A stretch of DNA of 38,274 bases from a virus. Taxonomy: Duplodnaviria > Caudoviricetes. Under the pieces are notes generated by a model that had not been told where the DNA came from, ran no database searches, and was given only the letters and a program-made list of their open reading frames with translations. The position numbers and the translations under genes are program-made. Shown in pieces: positions 23,606 to 34,039 of this stretch; positions within the stretch are counted from its first letter, which is position 1; each line of letters starts with the position of its first letter. The stretch lies in the IMG/VR virus record IMGVR_UViG_3300020181_000007, positions 1-38,274 of that record, one strand, 5' to 3'.

Positions 23606-24588
23606 CGGGTGAAGCCCCCGAAGCTGTAATCCACCCTCGCCCCGGCGTTCCGGGTCTGCATGGTGAGGAAGTTGTAGTCTCCGGCCACTGTGGAAAGCGC
23701 AGGAGCCTGATTGTTCATCGCCTTGAAGGCGCTGCCCGGAGTGAAAGATGTGCCGCCCGCCGCGACGAGGATCAGCGTCCAGCTGGTCGCGTCCGTGCCC
23801 GCCGGAACCCCTTGCAGGACGACGGACGTGATGTTCGCGTTCCACTGGACCTCGAAGACCGGAGCCGCCGCCAGGTCCAGGGTCAGGACGCCGCCGACGA
23901 TGGAGGGGCGAGAGACCTTCTCGACGTCCTGCATCTGCGGACCGGTCGCCGCCGCTCCGATATTGGCGCGCGCCTGGGCCTTCTGCGGATCTGTGAACGC
24001 TTGCGGCTGCGAGACAGTCAGGTAGGTCGCGGGGTCGAAGCCGGCGATTTGTTGCGCCTGGAGGGCGTACATCTCGGCGTTGGCCGCTGCTTCCTGGGCA
24101 TCGTCCACAGCCTCGAGCGCTACGCCGGCCGAGCCTGACGCCGCCGAGGCATACCCCATTGCCGAGAACTGCGCGGCCTGGGCCGCGGCGATAGCGGCCG
24201 ACAGGCTGCCAAATTGCGCGACATAGGCTTCCACCAGCACTTTCGCAGCTTCAGCGTCTTCCGCCGCAGCGTCGGCCATGCTGGCGCTGATGAGCAGGGC
24301 GTCATGCACCGGCCGGACGTTGGTGAAGGTCTCAATCGCCGCATCGTCTTCCTGATCGGTCCAGCCGACGTCGAAGAACTCCGTCTCTTCAGCCCAGACC
24401 GGAGGGAAGCGCCCGGCGCTGTCGGAGACGATGGGGAAGCCGTGCGCCACGGTGAGGGCGTCGTTCGTATAGACCGCCTTCGGGGTGGTCGTCCCGGGCG
24501 CGTAGAAACGCAGCTTGGCCGGCAGGGAGCGCCCGTTGGCGTCTCTGCTGGGCATAGCCCCCGGAACCACGATTTGACGCGCCGCCAT
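23602..24588 (-). CDS. Tail fibre/tailspike with virion-anchoring N-terminal domain
   Basis: DANGR..LRFYAPGTTTPKAVYT..PIVSDSAGRFP; Ala-rich stalk; QKAQARANIGA motif. Confidence 0.8.
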   Translation of the reverse strand: MAARQIVVPGAMPSRDANGRSLPAKLRFYAPGTTTPKAVYTNDALTVAHGFPIVSDSAGRFPPVWAEETEFFDVGWTDQEDDAAIETFTNVRPVHDALLISASMADAAAEDAEAAKVLVEAYVAQFGSLSAAIAAAQAAQFSAMGYASAASGSAGVALEAVDDAQEAAANAEMYALQAQQIAGFDPATYLTVSQPQAFTDPQKAQARANIGAAATGPQMQDVEKVSRPSIVGGVLTLDLAAAPVFEVQWNANITSVVLQGVPAGTDATSWTLILVAAGGTSFTPGSAFKAMNNQAPALSTVAGDYNFLTMQTRNAGARVDYSFGGFTR

Positions 24589-24616
24589 CTAGCTATCTCC
24601 GTGGTATAGTGGGCGA

Positions 24617-24769
24617 ATGGGAAAGAAGATCATTGACGCAGAGTTTGAGGTTATCTCAGGCCCGCGCCGTCCGAAACACCGGCTCACCATCGTGCAGCGC
24701 GCCGCCCTTTGGGCTTGGCTGGGCTTGATGGCGCTCGGCATCATGTCAACGCTGATCTTCCAGATTTAA
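24617..24769 (+). CDS. Leaderless 50-aa single-TM protein (superinfection-exclusion candidate)
   Basis: MGKKIIDAEFEVISGPRRPKHRLTIVQRAALWAWLGLMALGIMSTLIFQI. Extended -10 TGgTATAGT lies 6 nt before the ATG. The stop shares TTAA with the convergent ejection gene. Confidence 0.72.
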   Translation: MGKKIIDAEFEVISGPRRPKHRLTIVQRAALWAWLGLMALGIMSTLIFQI

Positions 24770-26688
24770 GGCGCGGCGAGTTCGCCAGCGTTGCGGGTCG
24801 CCGCGTCGGTGATCGCCTGACGGATGAAGTCAGCGCTGCCCGGGCCATTGATGCGCTCGATGCGCAGAATGAGCTGATCCACCATGCGAGGATCCGTCGC
24901 GATGTCCGCCACCGCCTGAGCGTCGGCGTTCGACAGACCCAGCGTCCTGAGGCGGCTGAACACCGCGCCGACAAAAGCCCCGCGCACACCTTGGCCGGCA
25001 ATCGCGCCGCGGGCCGTGTCGGTGAGGATGCCGGATGCGGCCTCGTCCTGTTGGTTGAGGTTCGTCCACGGGCCAGTGCGGGGCGCGACCTGCTGAAGCT
25101 CCCGATAAACCTGAAGCTCGGCGTTCATGCCGCGCTCAAGCGCCTGGGCCTCGTCTTCGGGCAGGATGGCGCGGGTGCGGGCCATCTGCTCGGGGGCGAT
25201 GCCGATGCTTTCAGCGGTGCTGATCGCCCCGGATGGACTCTCCCCGGCTCGCCGCTCTACGGCGCGGCGTGCGGTGGCGCGCGCAAGTTCATTGCCCGGC
25301 TGGCCCGGGCCTGGCGTCGTCGCGAGGAACTCGTCAGTGTTCCGGAGCAGGAAATCTTCACCCGTCTCCGCCGCTTCCATGAGGTTGCTTTGAGCCTCGA
25401 AGTTGCGCAGCGCGGCGTCATAGCCCGAAACCTGAGTGCGGGCGTTGCCTCGGATCGCGCGGGCGAGATTGCCGAGACTGGCAGCCTCCCGATTGCGGCC
25501 ATTCCTCGCCGCCGCGTCGGCCGCGTCGAACAGCGCTTCACTGATAGCCTGGGACTGGCCGACCGTGATCTCAACCCCGCCCGGGTTGTCCAAGACTTCG
25601 TCCGCCAGCCGGTTCAGCTCCGCGCCGACCGCGCGCTCTTGCGGGTCCAACGAGCGCAAGGCTGCCTCTGCTCCATCGCGGATGGCAGCGCGACCGTCCC
25701 GGGTCCGAAGCGCTTGCACGGCGTCATCGCTCAGCGGGACGCGGTCTCCGCGCACAGCACCGAACTCAAGGTCCCCCTGAGCCGCCCGCGCTGCGCCGAG
25801 ATCCTCTGCGATCTGCCGGGGATTGCGGGGATCGGCCGAAAGCCGCTGGGCTTGCCGGTTGATGCGGTTCGGGAGATCGACGCGCGCCGCATTGGCCCGA
25901 CGCTGCACGGTCTCACGCGCCGGGGTCTGGCGCTTCGCCGCAGACGCCACAAACCCGCGGCCTGCGTCGTCCAGGCCGCTGGCGAAGGAGGGTTCGGCCC
26001 CGGCGTCTCGCAGGGCGTTGATCCGCTCCCGGGCCACCGCAGGGTCAACCCGCGGCCGAAGGGCGTTGGCGGCCCGCTGGATGGGTGGGGATGCCCGGTT
26101 TGCGAGAGCGTTGACGCCACGGCCGATCAGGCTGGCAACAGGCACGGACAGCGCCCCCACGGCCCCGCCGAGGATGGCGGCCGGGACCGCGGCATCCCCG
26201 CGCGTACCCAGGTCGCCAGATGTGTTTCCCGCAGCCGCGAGACCGGCGGAAGCAGCGCCAGCGCCCGTGGCTCGAGCGACCGCTCCGATGGACCCACCGC
26301 CGCGCAGCGCATTCGGGAGCAGGCGTGCGGGCTGGGCGATAGCGCCCGCCGCCAGACCACCGACGAAGCCGGCGACTTGGCCGGTCCCGCGGGAGACCGG
26401 CACATCGGTCCGGTCGGCGGCGTCAATGGCGCGCTGCTCTTCGACGTTGCGGGTGTAGGCGTCTCCGAAGGTCTCCCCGCCAGGCGCAAGGGCCGGCAGC
26501 GCGTCGCCAGCCGCGGCGATCTCATCCGCGAAGCCGAACGACAGCATATCCGCCGCGCCACGGACCGCAGCGTCAACCTTCCGGCCGATGCCGCGCCCCT
26601 TGCGCTTGCTGCCCGGGGTCGGGGCGTCGGCAAACTCGGCCCACGGATCGGCCGGCGCGTCAGAGAACTCAGCCCACGGGTCAGCCAT
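24766..26688 (-). CDS. Internal virion/DNA ejection protein 3
   Basis: 640 aa, Ala/Gly/Arg-rich; tandem DPWAEF N-terminus; SFGFADEI motif; P22 gp16/gp20 position. Confidence 0.72.
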   Translation of the reverse strand: MADPWAEFSDAPADPWAEFADAPTPGSKRKGRGIGRKVDAAVRGAADMLSFGFADEIAAAGDALPALAPGGETFGDAYTRNVEEQRAIDAADRTDVPVSRGTGQVAGFVGGLAAGAIAQPARLLPNALRGGGSIGAVARATGAGAASAGLAAAGNTSGDLGTRGDAAVPAAILGGAVGALSVPVASLIGRGVNALANRASPPIQRAANALRPRVDPAVARERINALRDAGAEPSFASGLDDAGRGFVASAAKRQTPARETVQRRANAARVDLPNRINRQAQRLSADPRNPRQIAEDLGAARAAQGDLEFGAVRGDRVPLSDDAVQALRTRDGRAAIRDGAEAALRSLDPQERAVGAELNRLADEVLDNPGGVEITVGQSQAISEALFDAADAAARNGRNREAASLGNLARAIRGNARTQVSGYDAALRNFEAQSNLMEAAETGEDFLLRNTDEFLATTPGPGQPGNELARATARRAVERRAGESPSGAISTAESIGIAPEQMARTRAILPEDEAQALERGMNAELQVYRELQQVAPRTGPWTNLNQQDEAASGILTDTARGAIAGQGVRGAFVGAVFSRLRTLGLSNADAQAVADIATDPRMVDQLILRIERINGPGSADFIRQAITDAATRNAGELAAP

Positions 26689-28832
26689 CAGCGCACCTTC
26701 CTTTGGCCGTCAGGGGTGATGAACACCGTGCCCTTGGGGAGCGCTCGCGCTTCTTCCACCGAGCGAACCCGCTTGGGCGCGCCCCGGGCGGGCAGCGGCT
26801 GGCGCGGCGGCGGCGGCGTCGTCGCGATGGAGTCGGGGTCCAGACCGTAGCCCGTCGCCAGCTTCCGGTATCTGTTCACCTGCGAGGTATAGTTGTTGTA
26901 GAACGAGTTCATCACGGTCGAGGCCGTTCCAAAGAACTCCTCGCGCTGCCGGTTCGAAAGCCGGGTGCCGTTCAGGGCGCGGTTGTAGGCGTTCCGGATG
27001 CGATCTTCGACGCCGGCCGTGTTCTGAGCGTTCGCAAACTCGCCTTCCCGAACCACCGAGCCAGGGTCGAGCATCTTCATGTAAGCGAAGATGAGCGCCA
27101 TATCGTCCGCAGCGGTCACCGGCTTTCCCTGCCGGGCCTTGCTGGCAATCGCGCCGATAGTCGCGACGTGCGGCTGAACCGAGGCGAAGTCCTTCACCGC
27201 CGGCAGGTTGCCGAACTGCGTGCGGAGCTGCTGCTCGCGCGTGAAGTTCGCCGCGGGGCCAGTCGCCGCCGCAGAAGGAACACCCTCCTTCTTGCCGGTG
27301 CGGGTGTTCATCTGCCCACCACCCGGAAGGTCGACCCATTGGTCACCGGGCGGCTTCGGGCGCGAGGCGATTAGGCGAGCCCCGCCAGGGGCAGGAGAAG
27401 GCCCGGTCGGGGTTCCTGCCGGGATCATATCGCCGCCGGATCCGCCCTGCAGGGTAGCCGAGCCGCTGACGTAATCGCGCAGGCGAGCATTGCGGTCTAG
27501 CCAGCCCCGCAGATAGCGGGCCTTGCTGGGATCGTTCCGCGCAATGGCCCGATAGCGCTCCTCACGAAGCTGCAGATAACGGTTCGGGTCACCGCCGGAC
27601 GCCTTCAGCAACCGCTCCGCCGCACCGACGCCCATGTTGACCGCCGTGTCGGCCTGGATTTCCGCCATGCCAGCGGGCAGCTTGTCAGCCCCCGAAGCCT
27701 TCCAGTAACGATCCCTAAGAAGTTGCTTCGCCTGATCCGGCTTCAGGTTCGCTACGTTGACGTCGGGGTTAGCCCTTTGATTGACCCCAAGGTTGACGGG
27801 CGCGCCGTTGCCGTCATCCGCTGCATACCCGCCTTCGGCCGGCGCAAGGAAGTTCTGATAGAAGCTGTCGAAGGTGCCCGACGCGCTCCCCCCGGCACCG
27901 CCCCGGCTAGGTGCTGCGCTTGGAGCGTACTGCCGGGCCTGATCGCTGTGCAGGCGTTCGGCATAGGCGGTCGCCTCCTGCGGGGTCCGGAAAATGCCGA
28001 GATGGCGACCGGTGCGCCGGTACTGCGCGACAGCCTCATTCTCGGACATGATCCGTCCGTCATCCGAAACGGTCGGGATAAGGACTTCGCCTTGGTCGGT
28101 GCCAACCGATATTGTGCGCACCGTGCTGATTGTCCCATCCGCGTTCTTCACAGTCGGGCGGTCGTTCAGGTTGATGTTGCCCGGCACCAAGGCGCTAGAC
28201 GGCGAAGCAGCCGGGGCGGACTGAGCCATATTCCCGTACTCGCCGGGAAGCTCGTACAGCGCGCCGCCTTCGCCCAGGTTGAGCGTGCGAGCGCCGCGGT
28301 AGCGGTTCACAAGCTGGCCGCTCTTCGGGTCCAACACGAAGACCTCGTCACCCACGGCCCGGATCTCGAGGCCCTGTTCTTTCGCCGCCGCCGCGCCGAG
28401 CGCCATCAGCGTCGTCTTGTGGTTCCGGGCCAAGCCCCGCCGCACTTGCTCGATCTCTTCCGGAGCCTCGCCCATCTGCGCCAGCCGCGGCGCATAGAAG
28501 CGTTCGAAGTTGTCCAGCACTTCGGCCGGGTCTTCGATGTTGCTCAGGTTCGTCGCCATATCCGACGTGGTCTTCAGGATCTCGGCTTGGCGGTCCTGCT
28601 GGGCCTTGGCGGCTGCGGCTTGCTGTGCCGCCTGGCGGCGCTCAAGCTCCTGCCCCTCGTCGATCATCCCCGCGCCATACAGCGCGCCGGACGCGCCGCG
28701 GTAATCGCCCGAGGCAAGGGCGTTCCCCGCCCGCATGGCGGCCCGGTCCTGGCGCAGCCCAGCAACGCGGGTGTAGCCCTCATCAAAGGCGTTCCCGACG
28801 TTGCCGAAGCGGAAGCTCGCGATGTCGACCAT
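26688..28832 (-). CDS. DNA ejection protein 2 with GH108-like lysozyme domain
   Basis: 714 aa; EGGY..D..G..NLGV, YW...[20 protein letters not shown]; [14 protein letters not shown] motif. Confidence 0.78.
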   Translation of the reverse strand: MVDIASFRFGNVGNAFDEGYTRVAGLRQDRAAMRAGNALASGDYRGASGALYGAGMIDEGQELERRQAAQQAAAAKAQQDRQAEILKTTSDMATNLSNIEDPAEVLDNFERFYAPRLAQMGEAPEEIEQVRRGLARNHKTTLMALGAAAAKEQGLEIRAVGDEVFVLDPKSGQLVNRYRGARTLNLGEGGALYELPGEYGNMAQSAPAASPSSALVPGNINLNDRPTVKNADGTISTVRTISVGTDQGEVLIPTVSDDGRIMSENEAVAQYRRTGRHLGIFRTPQEATAYAERLHSDQARQYAPSAAPSRGGAGGSASGTFDSFYQNFLAPAEGGYAADDGNGAPVNLGVNQRANPDVNVANLKPDQAKQLLRDRYWKASGADKLPAGMAEIQADTAVNMGVGAAERLLKASGGDPNRYLQLREERYRAIARNDPSKARYLRGWLDRNARLRDYVSGSATLQGGSGGDMIPAGTPTGPSPAPGGARLIASRPKPPGDQWVDLPGGGQMNTRTGKKEGVPSAAATGPAANFTREQQLRTQFGNLPAVKDFASVQPHVATIGAIASKARQGKPVTAADDMALIFAYMKMLDPGSVVREGEFANAQNTAGVEDRIRNAYNRALNGTRLSNRQREEFFGTASTVMNSFYNNYTSQVNRYRKLATGYGLDPDSIATTPPPPRQPLPARGAPKRVRSVEEARALPKGTVFITPDGQRKVR

Positions 28833-28834
28833 GA

Positions 28835-29983
28835 TTACCCCGCCGCCAGAGCGTTGCGCCGCGGACGTCCGTTGACGAGGCCCGCCACCGCGCCCCCAAC
28901 GTTGCCAAGGACGCCTGACCAGATGTTGCCTTGCTGCAGGGCGTTGCCGGCCTGAGCGTCTCCGATAGCCCCGAAGCCGCTCGACAAGGCATTGCCCTCC
29001 CCAAGCGCCGCGTTCCCCGTGGCGTTGACGGCGTCCTGCCCGACGCCGAGATAGCGGAACATATTCCCCGTTTCGGTGTCGTACCGGCCGGTCAGATAGC
29101 CGCGGTCGCTTTCGTACAGCCCGCGTCCCCAGCGGCGGTTCAGGTCCGCCTGATTGGCCCCGAAGTCGCGGTCCTGGCTGAAGACGTCACGGCCGAAGTT
29201 GCGGTCGGTGTTGTACCGGGTATAGGCGGCATCCCGCTCGGGCGCGTAGAACTGATAGGCGGTCTTTTGCCCCCGGTCCTGCAGCGCCTTCAGGGCTGCG
29301 CCAGACTGAAGCGCGCCGGTGGCCGAGGCGTTCGCCATGACCTGACCGGAGCCTGTTTCCAGCGCCATCTGATAGGCCGGGTTGTTCTGGAAGCTCGCCA
29401 GGTCGAACGAGAAGGCGTCGGGCGCGGTGTACGTCGGAGCCTGATAGTTGCCCGGGTCGGTATAGGTGGGGTTCTGGACGTTGCCGAAGCTTCCAGCGGG
29501 CGGGCCAAGCGCGTTCTGCGTCGGAGCCGGGCCAGCCGACGTCGGGAGCGTCTGCGGCTGCGCACCACCCATGTTCCGGCCGGGTTCGAACTGGCCATAT
29601 TGGTTCCGATGCCAGGTGGCGAACTCTTCCGGGCTGTTGACGCCGAGATTGTTGCGCAGGTTCTCCGGGCTCAGGCGCTGATATTCCGCCATCACGTCAG
29701 GATTTGCCGCGAGATAGCCCGCGGGGTCGAACGCGGCTTGCTGCTGCGTCCCCGCCACACCTTGCGTCGGCAGGCCGAGGCGGTTGCCGAGGGCGTTGAG
29801 CGCGGTTCCGTAGGCGTTGACGCCCGGCTGGTTGAGCTGCCGAACCTCACCGGCCGCGCGCTGCTGCGCCTGCATCTGGCGCTGGAGCGCGGCCTCCTGC
29901 GCGTCCTTCGCCTTATCGGCGGCTCGCGACTGAAGAGCGCCGCCCAGGAGCGCCGTACCGGCTCCGATGAGTGCTGCGATCAT
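28835..29983 (-). CDS. DNA transfer/ejection protein 1 (P22 gp7-like)
   Basis: Gly/Ala N-terminus; [24 protein letters not shown] motif. Confidence 0.78.
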   Translation of the reverse strand: MIAALIGAGTALLGGALQSRAADKAKDAQEAALQRQMQAQQRAAGEVRQLNQPGVNAYGTALNALGNRLGLPTQGVAGTQQQAAFDPAGYLAANPDVMAEYQRLSPENLRNNLGVNSPEEFATWHRNQYGQFEPGRNMGGAQPQTLPTSAGPAPTQNALGPPAGSFGNVQNPTYTDPGNYQAPTYTAPDAFSFDLASFQNNPAYQMALETGSGQVMANASATGALQSGAALKALQDRGQKTAYQFYAPERDAAYTRYNTDRNFGRDVFSQDRDFGANQADLNRRWGRGLYESDRGYLTGRYDTETGNMFRYLGVGQDAVNATGNAALGEGNALSSGFGAIGDAQAGNALQQGNIWSGVLGNVGGAVAGLVNGRPRRNALAAG

Positions 29984-29991
29984 GGCGGCTC

Positions 29992-30309
29992 CTATGGGAA
30001 GGTGAGGTTCTGCCAGAACCGTTGGAAGATCGGCGATGGCGCTCCGGGGAGATGGCCGGGCACCGGGCGTGGAACGAACGGGAAAACCACCATCATCGCC
30101 TTGTCCAAAACACTGCTTCCCGGCAGATTTTGCCAGAATAGCGTCATGTAAGGCGTGGGTCGACCAGTATTCGGGTAGACAATAGGGGCTTTCCAGTCGA
30201 GGTCGAACATTCTGTCAGGTAGTTGCTGGCAGAACCTCTGAAAATAGGGCGACGGCACACCGGACGATGTTGCAATCTGTGCTTTCCAGTCGAGTGCGGG
30301 GAGCTTCAT
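29992..30309 (-). CDS. Triple-repeat protein at the tail needle/plug position
   Basis: 105 aa containing three copies of LD...G.P(S/T)P.(F/M)..F(W/C)Q.L. Confidence 0.7.
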   Translation of the reverse strand: MKLPALDWKAQIATSSGVPSPYFQRFCQQLPDRMFDLDWKAPIVYPNTGRPTPYMTLFWQNLPGSSVLDKAMMVVFPFVPRPVPGHLPGAPSPIFQRFWQNLTFP

Positions 30310-30336
30310 CGTGACGTCCGGCTGCCTCCCGCTGCC

Positions 30337-31734
30337 TCACCTATAAGACTCGTTGTACTTGGCTTTCCGCACCGTCACCGGCTCCGTCGTCCGCCAGCGG
30401 AACAGACGGCCCGGCCGGCGCAGAAGCCCGAGCTTCGACCACATGACACGCAAGGTCCGCTGCCCCTGACGTCCCAGGGGCCGGGGGAACCATGAAGACC
30501 ACGTCTCGCCGCGGTCGCCGGACCACGCGAGCTGAACCATCGGGTCTTCGGCCGGGTCCGGGTTCATCCCCGTCGACACGTCGAGCAGGACGTTGTTGCA
30601 GCGAGAGGGCCCGCCTGGCACCTCCAGAACGCCCGTCCATTCGAAAATGACCGGGTCGTCGTTGTCCGTGCGAACGTCGGTACTCATCTCGTAGATGATG
30701 CCGAGCTCGTCATCCCCGAGCAGCGGCTGCGTGTTCGGCCCGAGCGAGGCGACAGCGCCGCGGAACAGGCCCCGCCCGTAACTCGTCCACTCGTCCCAGA
30801 ACCCCGTAGCGAGATCATAGACGAAGGAGCCCTCGCTCGGGATGTGCAGGACGTAGAAGTCATGTCCGGCCCAGCTGGCGGTGGTGGCGTAGATGCCCTC
30901 CGGAACCGCGCGGCGCAGGCGCTCGGCAATGCCGTGGTCGCTGATCTCCACCGGGTTCGGGGCGGTGCGATACACCTTCCGGTCGGTGCCAACCCAGCAG
31001 ACCGTAGAGACGCCGTCCGCGCTCAGCTTCTGGACCGTATCGCGTGCCGTGCAGCCGATTTCGAAGATGCGCCCGCCGATGCGCTGAAACGGAAGGTCGA
31101 GATCCCCGGTGGGCTGCCAAACCTCGATGGACAGACGCCCAAAGAGCCACAGCTCATCCCCGATCACCTTCAGGGCCGTGAGGTTGTCCGGCTGGCTTTC
31201 CGCCGTCGCGTAGTCGAGCGGGTCAATCGTGGTCCCGCCGATGGCCGACCAGTAGAACCGGCCGGTGTTGGCGATGCTGAACAGGAAGTAGCTGTTCAGG
31301 GTGTCGATGGACGTCACCGACTGGCCGTCTGGCACCGTCACCGCCGTCAGGGACGTCCCGTTCGTGCTGTAGGCGCTCTGCCCCGCGGTCAGCACCACCG
31401 TTCCGATATTGCCCTCAGCCGACAGCCGCCCGGTGCCGTTCACCGCGCCAATGAGGGTGGCGGTGCCCACGCCCGGTTGCCCGATCTGCTCGACGCGGTA
31501 GAGGTTGCCGCCGGACAGGGCGAGGATCCGCCCGCCGATCACACCGCCCTTGCGGTAGAGGCCCCGGATTGGCCCATCTCCCACTAGCGCGAACTGCTTG
31601 AGCAGCGGACGCGGCAACAGGACGACCTGATCCTCGAGGTTTGCGGGCGTCTTTTCGTAGTACAAATTACGGAGAACGACCGGCGGAAGGTCGGCCCGCT
31701 TGTAGGCGCTGAGGCCGAGAGGGATGGCGGGCAT
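30337..31734 (-). CDS. Tail hub / DNA stabilisation protein (P22 gp10-like)
   Basis: DPLDYATAESQPD, LWLFG..SIEVW..TG, GHDFYVL, WSGDRGETWS, W.KLG. Confidence 0.9.
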   Translation of the reverse strand: MPAIPLGLSAYKRADLPPVVLRNLYYEKTPANLEDQVVLLPRPLLKQFALVGDGPIRGLYRKGGVIGGRILALSGGNLYRVEQIGQPGVGTATLIGAVNGTGRLSAEGNIGTVVLTAGQSAYSTNGTSLTAVTVPDGQSVTSIDTLNSYFLFSIANTGRFYWSAIGGTTIDPLDYATAESQPDNLTALKVIGDELWLFGRLSIEVWQPTGDLDLPFQRIGGRIFEIGCTARDTVQKLSADGVSTVCWVGTDRKVYRTAPNPVEISDHGIAERLRRAVPEGIYATTASWAGHDFYVLHIPSEGSFVYDLATGFWDEWTSYGRGLFRGAVASLGPNTQPLLGDDELGIIYEMSTDVRTDNDDPVIFEWTGVLEVPGGPSRCNNVLLDVSTGMNPDPAEDPMVQLAWSGDRGETWSSWFPRPLGRQGQRTLRVMWSKLGLLRRPGRLFRWRTTEPVTVRKAKYNESYR

Positions 31735-32219
31735 CAGGGGACCGGGGTTGCGGTAGGCGCAGAGGCGTAGCAGTTGACCACCACGCCGACCGGGGCAGCG
31801 CCGCCCGCAGCGTTGAAGCCGTTCAGGGCGCTCAGGCCGAGGATGGAGGCCGGCATGGCTTGCATCCGATAGCCTCGAACCGTCACCGCCGTGAACTTGC
31901 CCGCCGCATCTTTTACGAAGTCCTCGATGTCGACCACAACGGGAAGACCAGTGACACGCTGGGGCGTCAGCAGAACGACCGGCTCAGCGTCGTAGGGCGT
32001 CGGGAAAACCCAGGTCTGCTTTCCGCCGGCCGCTAGGGTGATCTTCGCCTTCTGCACGCTTGTTGCGTGGGTGTGGTCGGCCCGGGCGAACCGCTTCGAG
32101 AGCCGGCCCATGCGCCCCGAGGACTCCACCGGTGCCGGTGTCTCATCCGCCGCCGTCGGGATCTCATCCTTCTTGGCGAACTGATCGGGGTCAATGGTCT
32201 GGATGACGAGGCCGGGCAT
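31734..32219 (-). CDS. Virion appendage-associated protein
   Basis: 161 aa; FARADHTH motif typical of fibre proteins; beta-rich C-terminus. Confidence 0.6.
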   Translation of the reverse strand: MPGLVIQTIDPDQFAKKDEIPTAADETPAPVESSGRMGRLSKRFARADHTHATSVQKAKITLAAGGKQTWVFPTPYDAEPVVLLTPQRVTGLPVVVDIEDFVKDAAGKFTAVTVRGYRMQAMPASILGLSALNGFNAAGGAAPVGVVVNCYASAPTATPVP

Positions 32220-33830
32220 TTACACCTCCCAGGTCGCAGCGCTGGTCGTGTCCTCGGTCCACGTCGTGCCGTCGATCTCGATGCGGTTGCCCTGAGCCGG
32301 GTTGTAGCCCAGCACGTCCTTCACGACCTTGCCGGTGCCGACGAAGGTCTTCGGGCCGGTCGGGTTGAACTTCCGGACCTTGATGGTGTTGCGGCGGGGG
32401 ACATTGCCGGTGGTCTGCAGGCGGATCGCGCCATAACTGACCGGCAGAGGGTCACCTGGCTCGCGGATGTTGACCTCGATGTAGTTGTCCTCGGCCTGCA
32501 TCCCGGTCGTCCCGGCGATCTGATTGGAGCCGAGCCACACCCAGGGCTGCTTGTTGTACCACTTGCGCAGGCGGTCGGAGCCCTGCGTGATCATCATCTC
32601 GATGTTGTTGCGCTTGCCTTCGACGTACAGCGACGCCCCGCCCGCGTCCTGGCAGCGCGAACCGGCGATGTGGTTGTCATTGCCGAGGCAGATGATCCCC
32701 GCGCCCTCGATGAAGCCATCCCACGGCAAGCCGCTGGTCGGGTGGTTCGCCCCGTAGGCGGTGTGTTGGGTGTTGAAGTCGTACTGCGTCGCCGGGTTGT
32801 CGCCATAGCTCGGAGCGCCAGGGGCGGTGTTCGGCCACATGCCGTCCGGGATGTCGTGCTTGTAGACGTCGCTGGCGTGGTTCCCGTTGCGAACCTCGGT
32901 CCAGCGCTGCTGATAGCCGAGCATCATGCGCTCGATCTCGCGCTTCATCGCCTCGCTGGTGTTGCCGAGGCGGTGCGTGTGGTCGGGGTTCACGCCGTCG
33001 CTGTGCGGGTAGTCGACGCCGGCCGCGCGATAGCCCAGGTTCGCGATGCCCGGGAACGCCGTCAGCATGGCTTCCGTGATCCGGACGTCCTTCGACGACA
33101 GCTCGCCGTTGTACCAGAGCTTGACGCCGATGACGCCGTTGTCCGCGCCGAAGGTCTTGGCGAACCGCATCCCCGCGAAGCCCGTCGCGCCGATGTGGCC
33201 GCTGACGAAGTTGTTGTCGAAGCTGTCGCAGTAAACTCCGTCGAGCCCGACTTTGATAATCTTGAAGTTCGAGACGTCGTTCTCGCCTCGCCCGACAAGC
33301 TTGATGCCGTGCCCGCGGACGTTGGCGATCTGGACCCCGCGAATAGCGTTCCGGGCGTCCACCGTGTTCAAAGGCGTCTGGCTGGTGAACACCTGATTGC
33401 TCAGGCTCAGGTCTATGCCGTGGCAGTCGATGCTTCCGGAGGTCGGCAGGCCGTCCCAGCCGCCATCAAGCAGGATGTCCTGGATGAGCGCATAGGACAC
33501 GTAGGAGGTCGCATTGCCGCGGATGATCGCCTCGCTCATGCCCGGCAGCGCTCGGATACCGCTCCGCATCCCGCCGCCGCGGATGGTCGGCCGGTCCACC
33601 GGGAGGACGATGCTCTCGCCCACGGTCCACATGTTGTTCTGACCGCTGACACAGCCCGGTATGTAGAGGCCGTGCTCGGTGCCCAACTCGCTCAGGGCGT
33701 AGTTGAACCGGGCGGCGTGGTTATAGGTGCCCTGCCCGAAGCCGCCACCGACGTCGAAGGCGGTAAACGGCACATAGCCGATAGACTTCAGCTCGTCCCG
33801 CATCAGACGGTAGGAGATCGGACCCGCCAT
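32220..33830 (-). CDS. Beta-helix (pectin-lyase-like) depolymerase/spike
   Basis: 536 aa; LYIPG, IRGGG..SGI, IQDILLDG, repeated G(I/V).(L/I) and N-ladder rungs. Confidence 0.72.
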   Translation of the reverse strand: MAGPISYRLMRDELKSIGYVPFTAFDVGGGFGQGTYNHAARFNYALSELGTEHGLYIPGCVSGQNNMWTVGESIVLPVDRPTIRGGGMRSGIRALPGMSEAIIRGNATSYVSYALIQDILLDGGWDGLPTSGSIDCHGIDLSLSNQVFTSQTPLNTVDARNAIRGVQIANVRGHGIKLVGRGENDVSNFKIIKVGLDGVYCDSFDNNFVSGHIGATGFAGMRFAKTFGADNGVIGVKLWYNGELSSKDVRITEAMLTAFPGIANLGYRAAGVDYPHSDGVNPDHTHRLGNTSEAMKREIERMMLGYQQRWTEVRNGNHASDVYKHDIPDGMWPNTAPGAPSYGDNPATQYDFNTQHTAYGANHPTSGLPWDGFIEGAGIICLGNDNHIAGSRCQDAGGASLYVEGKRNNIEMMITQGSDRLRKWYNKQPWVWLGSNQIAGTTGMQAEDNYIEVNIREPGDPLPVSYGAIRLQTTGNVPRRNTIKVRKFNPTGPKTFVGTGKVVKDVLGYNPAQGNRIEIDGTTWTEDTTSAATWEV

Positions 33831-33838
33831 GGAGGCTC

Positions 33839-34039
33839 CTAGGCTGCGAGGGTGACCACGCCGTCAGCACCCGTCAGCGGGTTGCCGTCAGCGTCGGTGA
33901 TGATGGCGTTACCGCCAGAGGGCGGAGAGGCGGCCAGCAGGGCGAGGATGCCCACGGGCGCGGGGATGATGGTCCCGCCCACCTGCCCCGGGGCCACGGG
34001 CCAGCCGAGGGCGATCCCATGCCACATGGGGAGGGACAT
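33839..34039 (-). CDS. 66-aa adaptor-like peptide
   Basis: N-terminus resembles that of the upstream gene; C-terminal ITDADGNPLTGADG. Confidence 0.65.
   Translation of the reverse strand: MSLPMWHGIALGWPVAPGQVGGTIIPAPVGILALLAASPPSGGNAIITDADGNPLTGADGVVTLAA

Noticed and set aside
22850-24588. Diversity-generating retroelement or invertible tail-fibre switch
   Set aside because: No reverse transcriptase, serine invertase, or TR/VR repeat pair was seen anywhere in the genome
26620-26688. DNA repeat encoding DPWAEF twice
   Set aside because: A protein-level N-terminal motif repeat common in podophage ejection proteins, not a separate DNA element
24709-26850. Long plus-strand ORFs opposite structural genes (also 784..2166, 2703..4397, 27723..28955, 32067..33842, 36452..38068)
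   Set aside because: Antisense shadow ORFs expected in high-GC coding DNA, with no recognisable motifs
33828-33841. Stop-codon readthrough fusing the 66-aa adaptor to the beta-helix protein
   Set aside because: The TAG and the next ATG are 8 nt apart (out of frame), the downstream gene has its own AGGAG RBS, and no slippery site was seen
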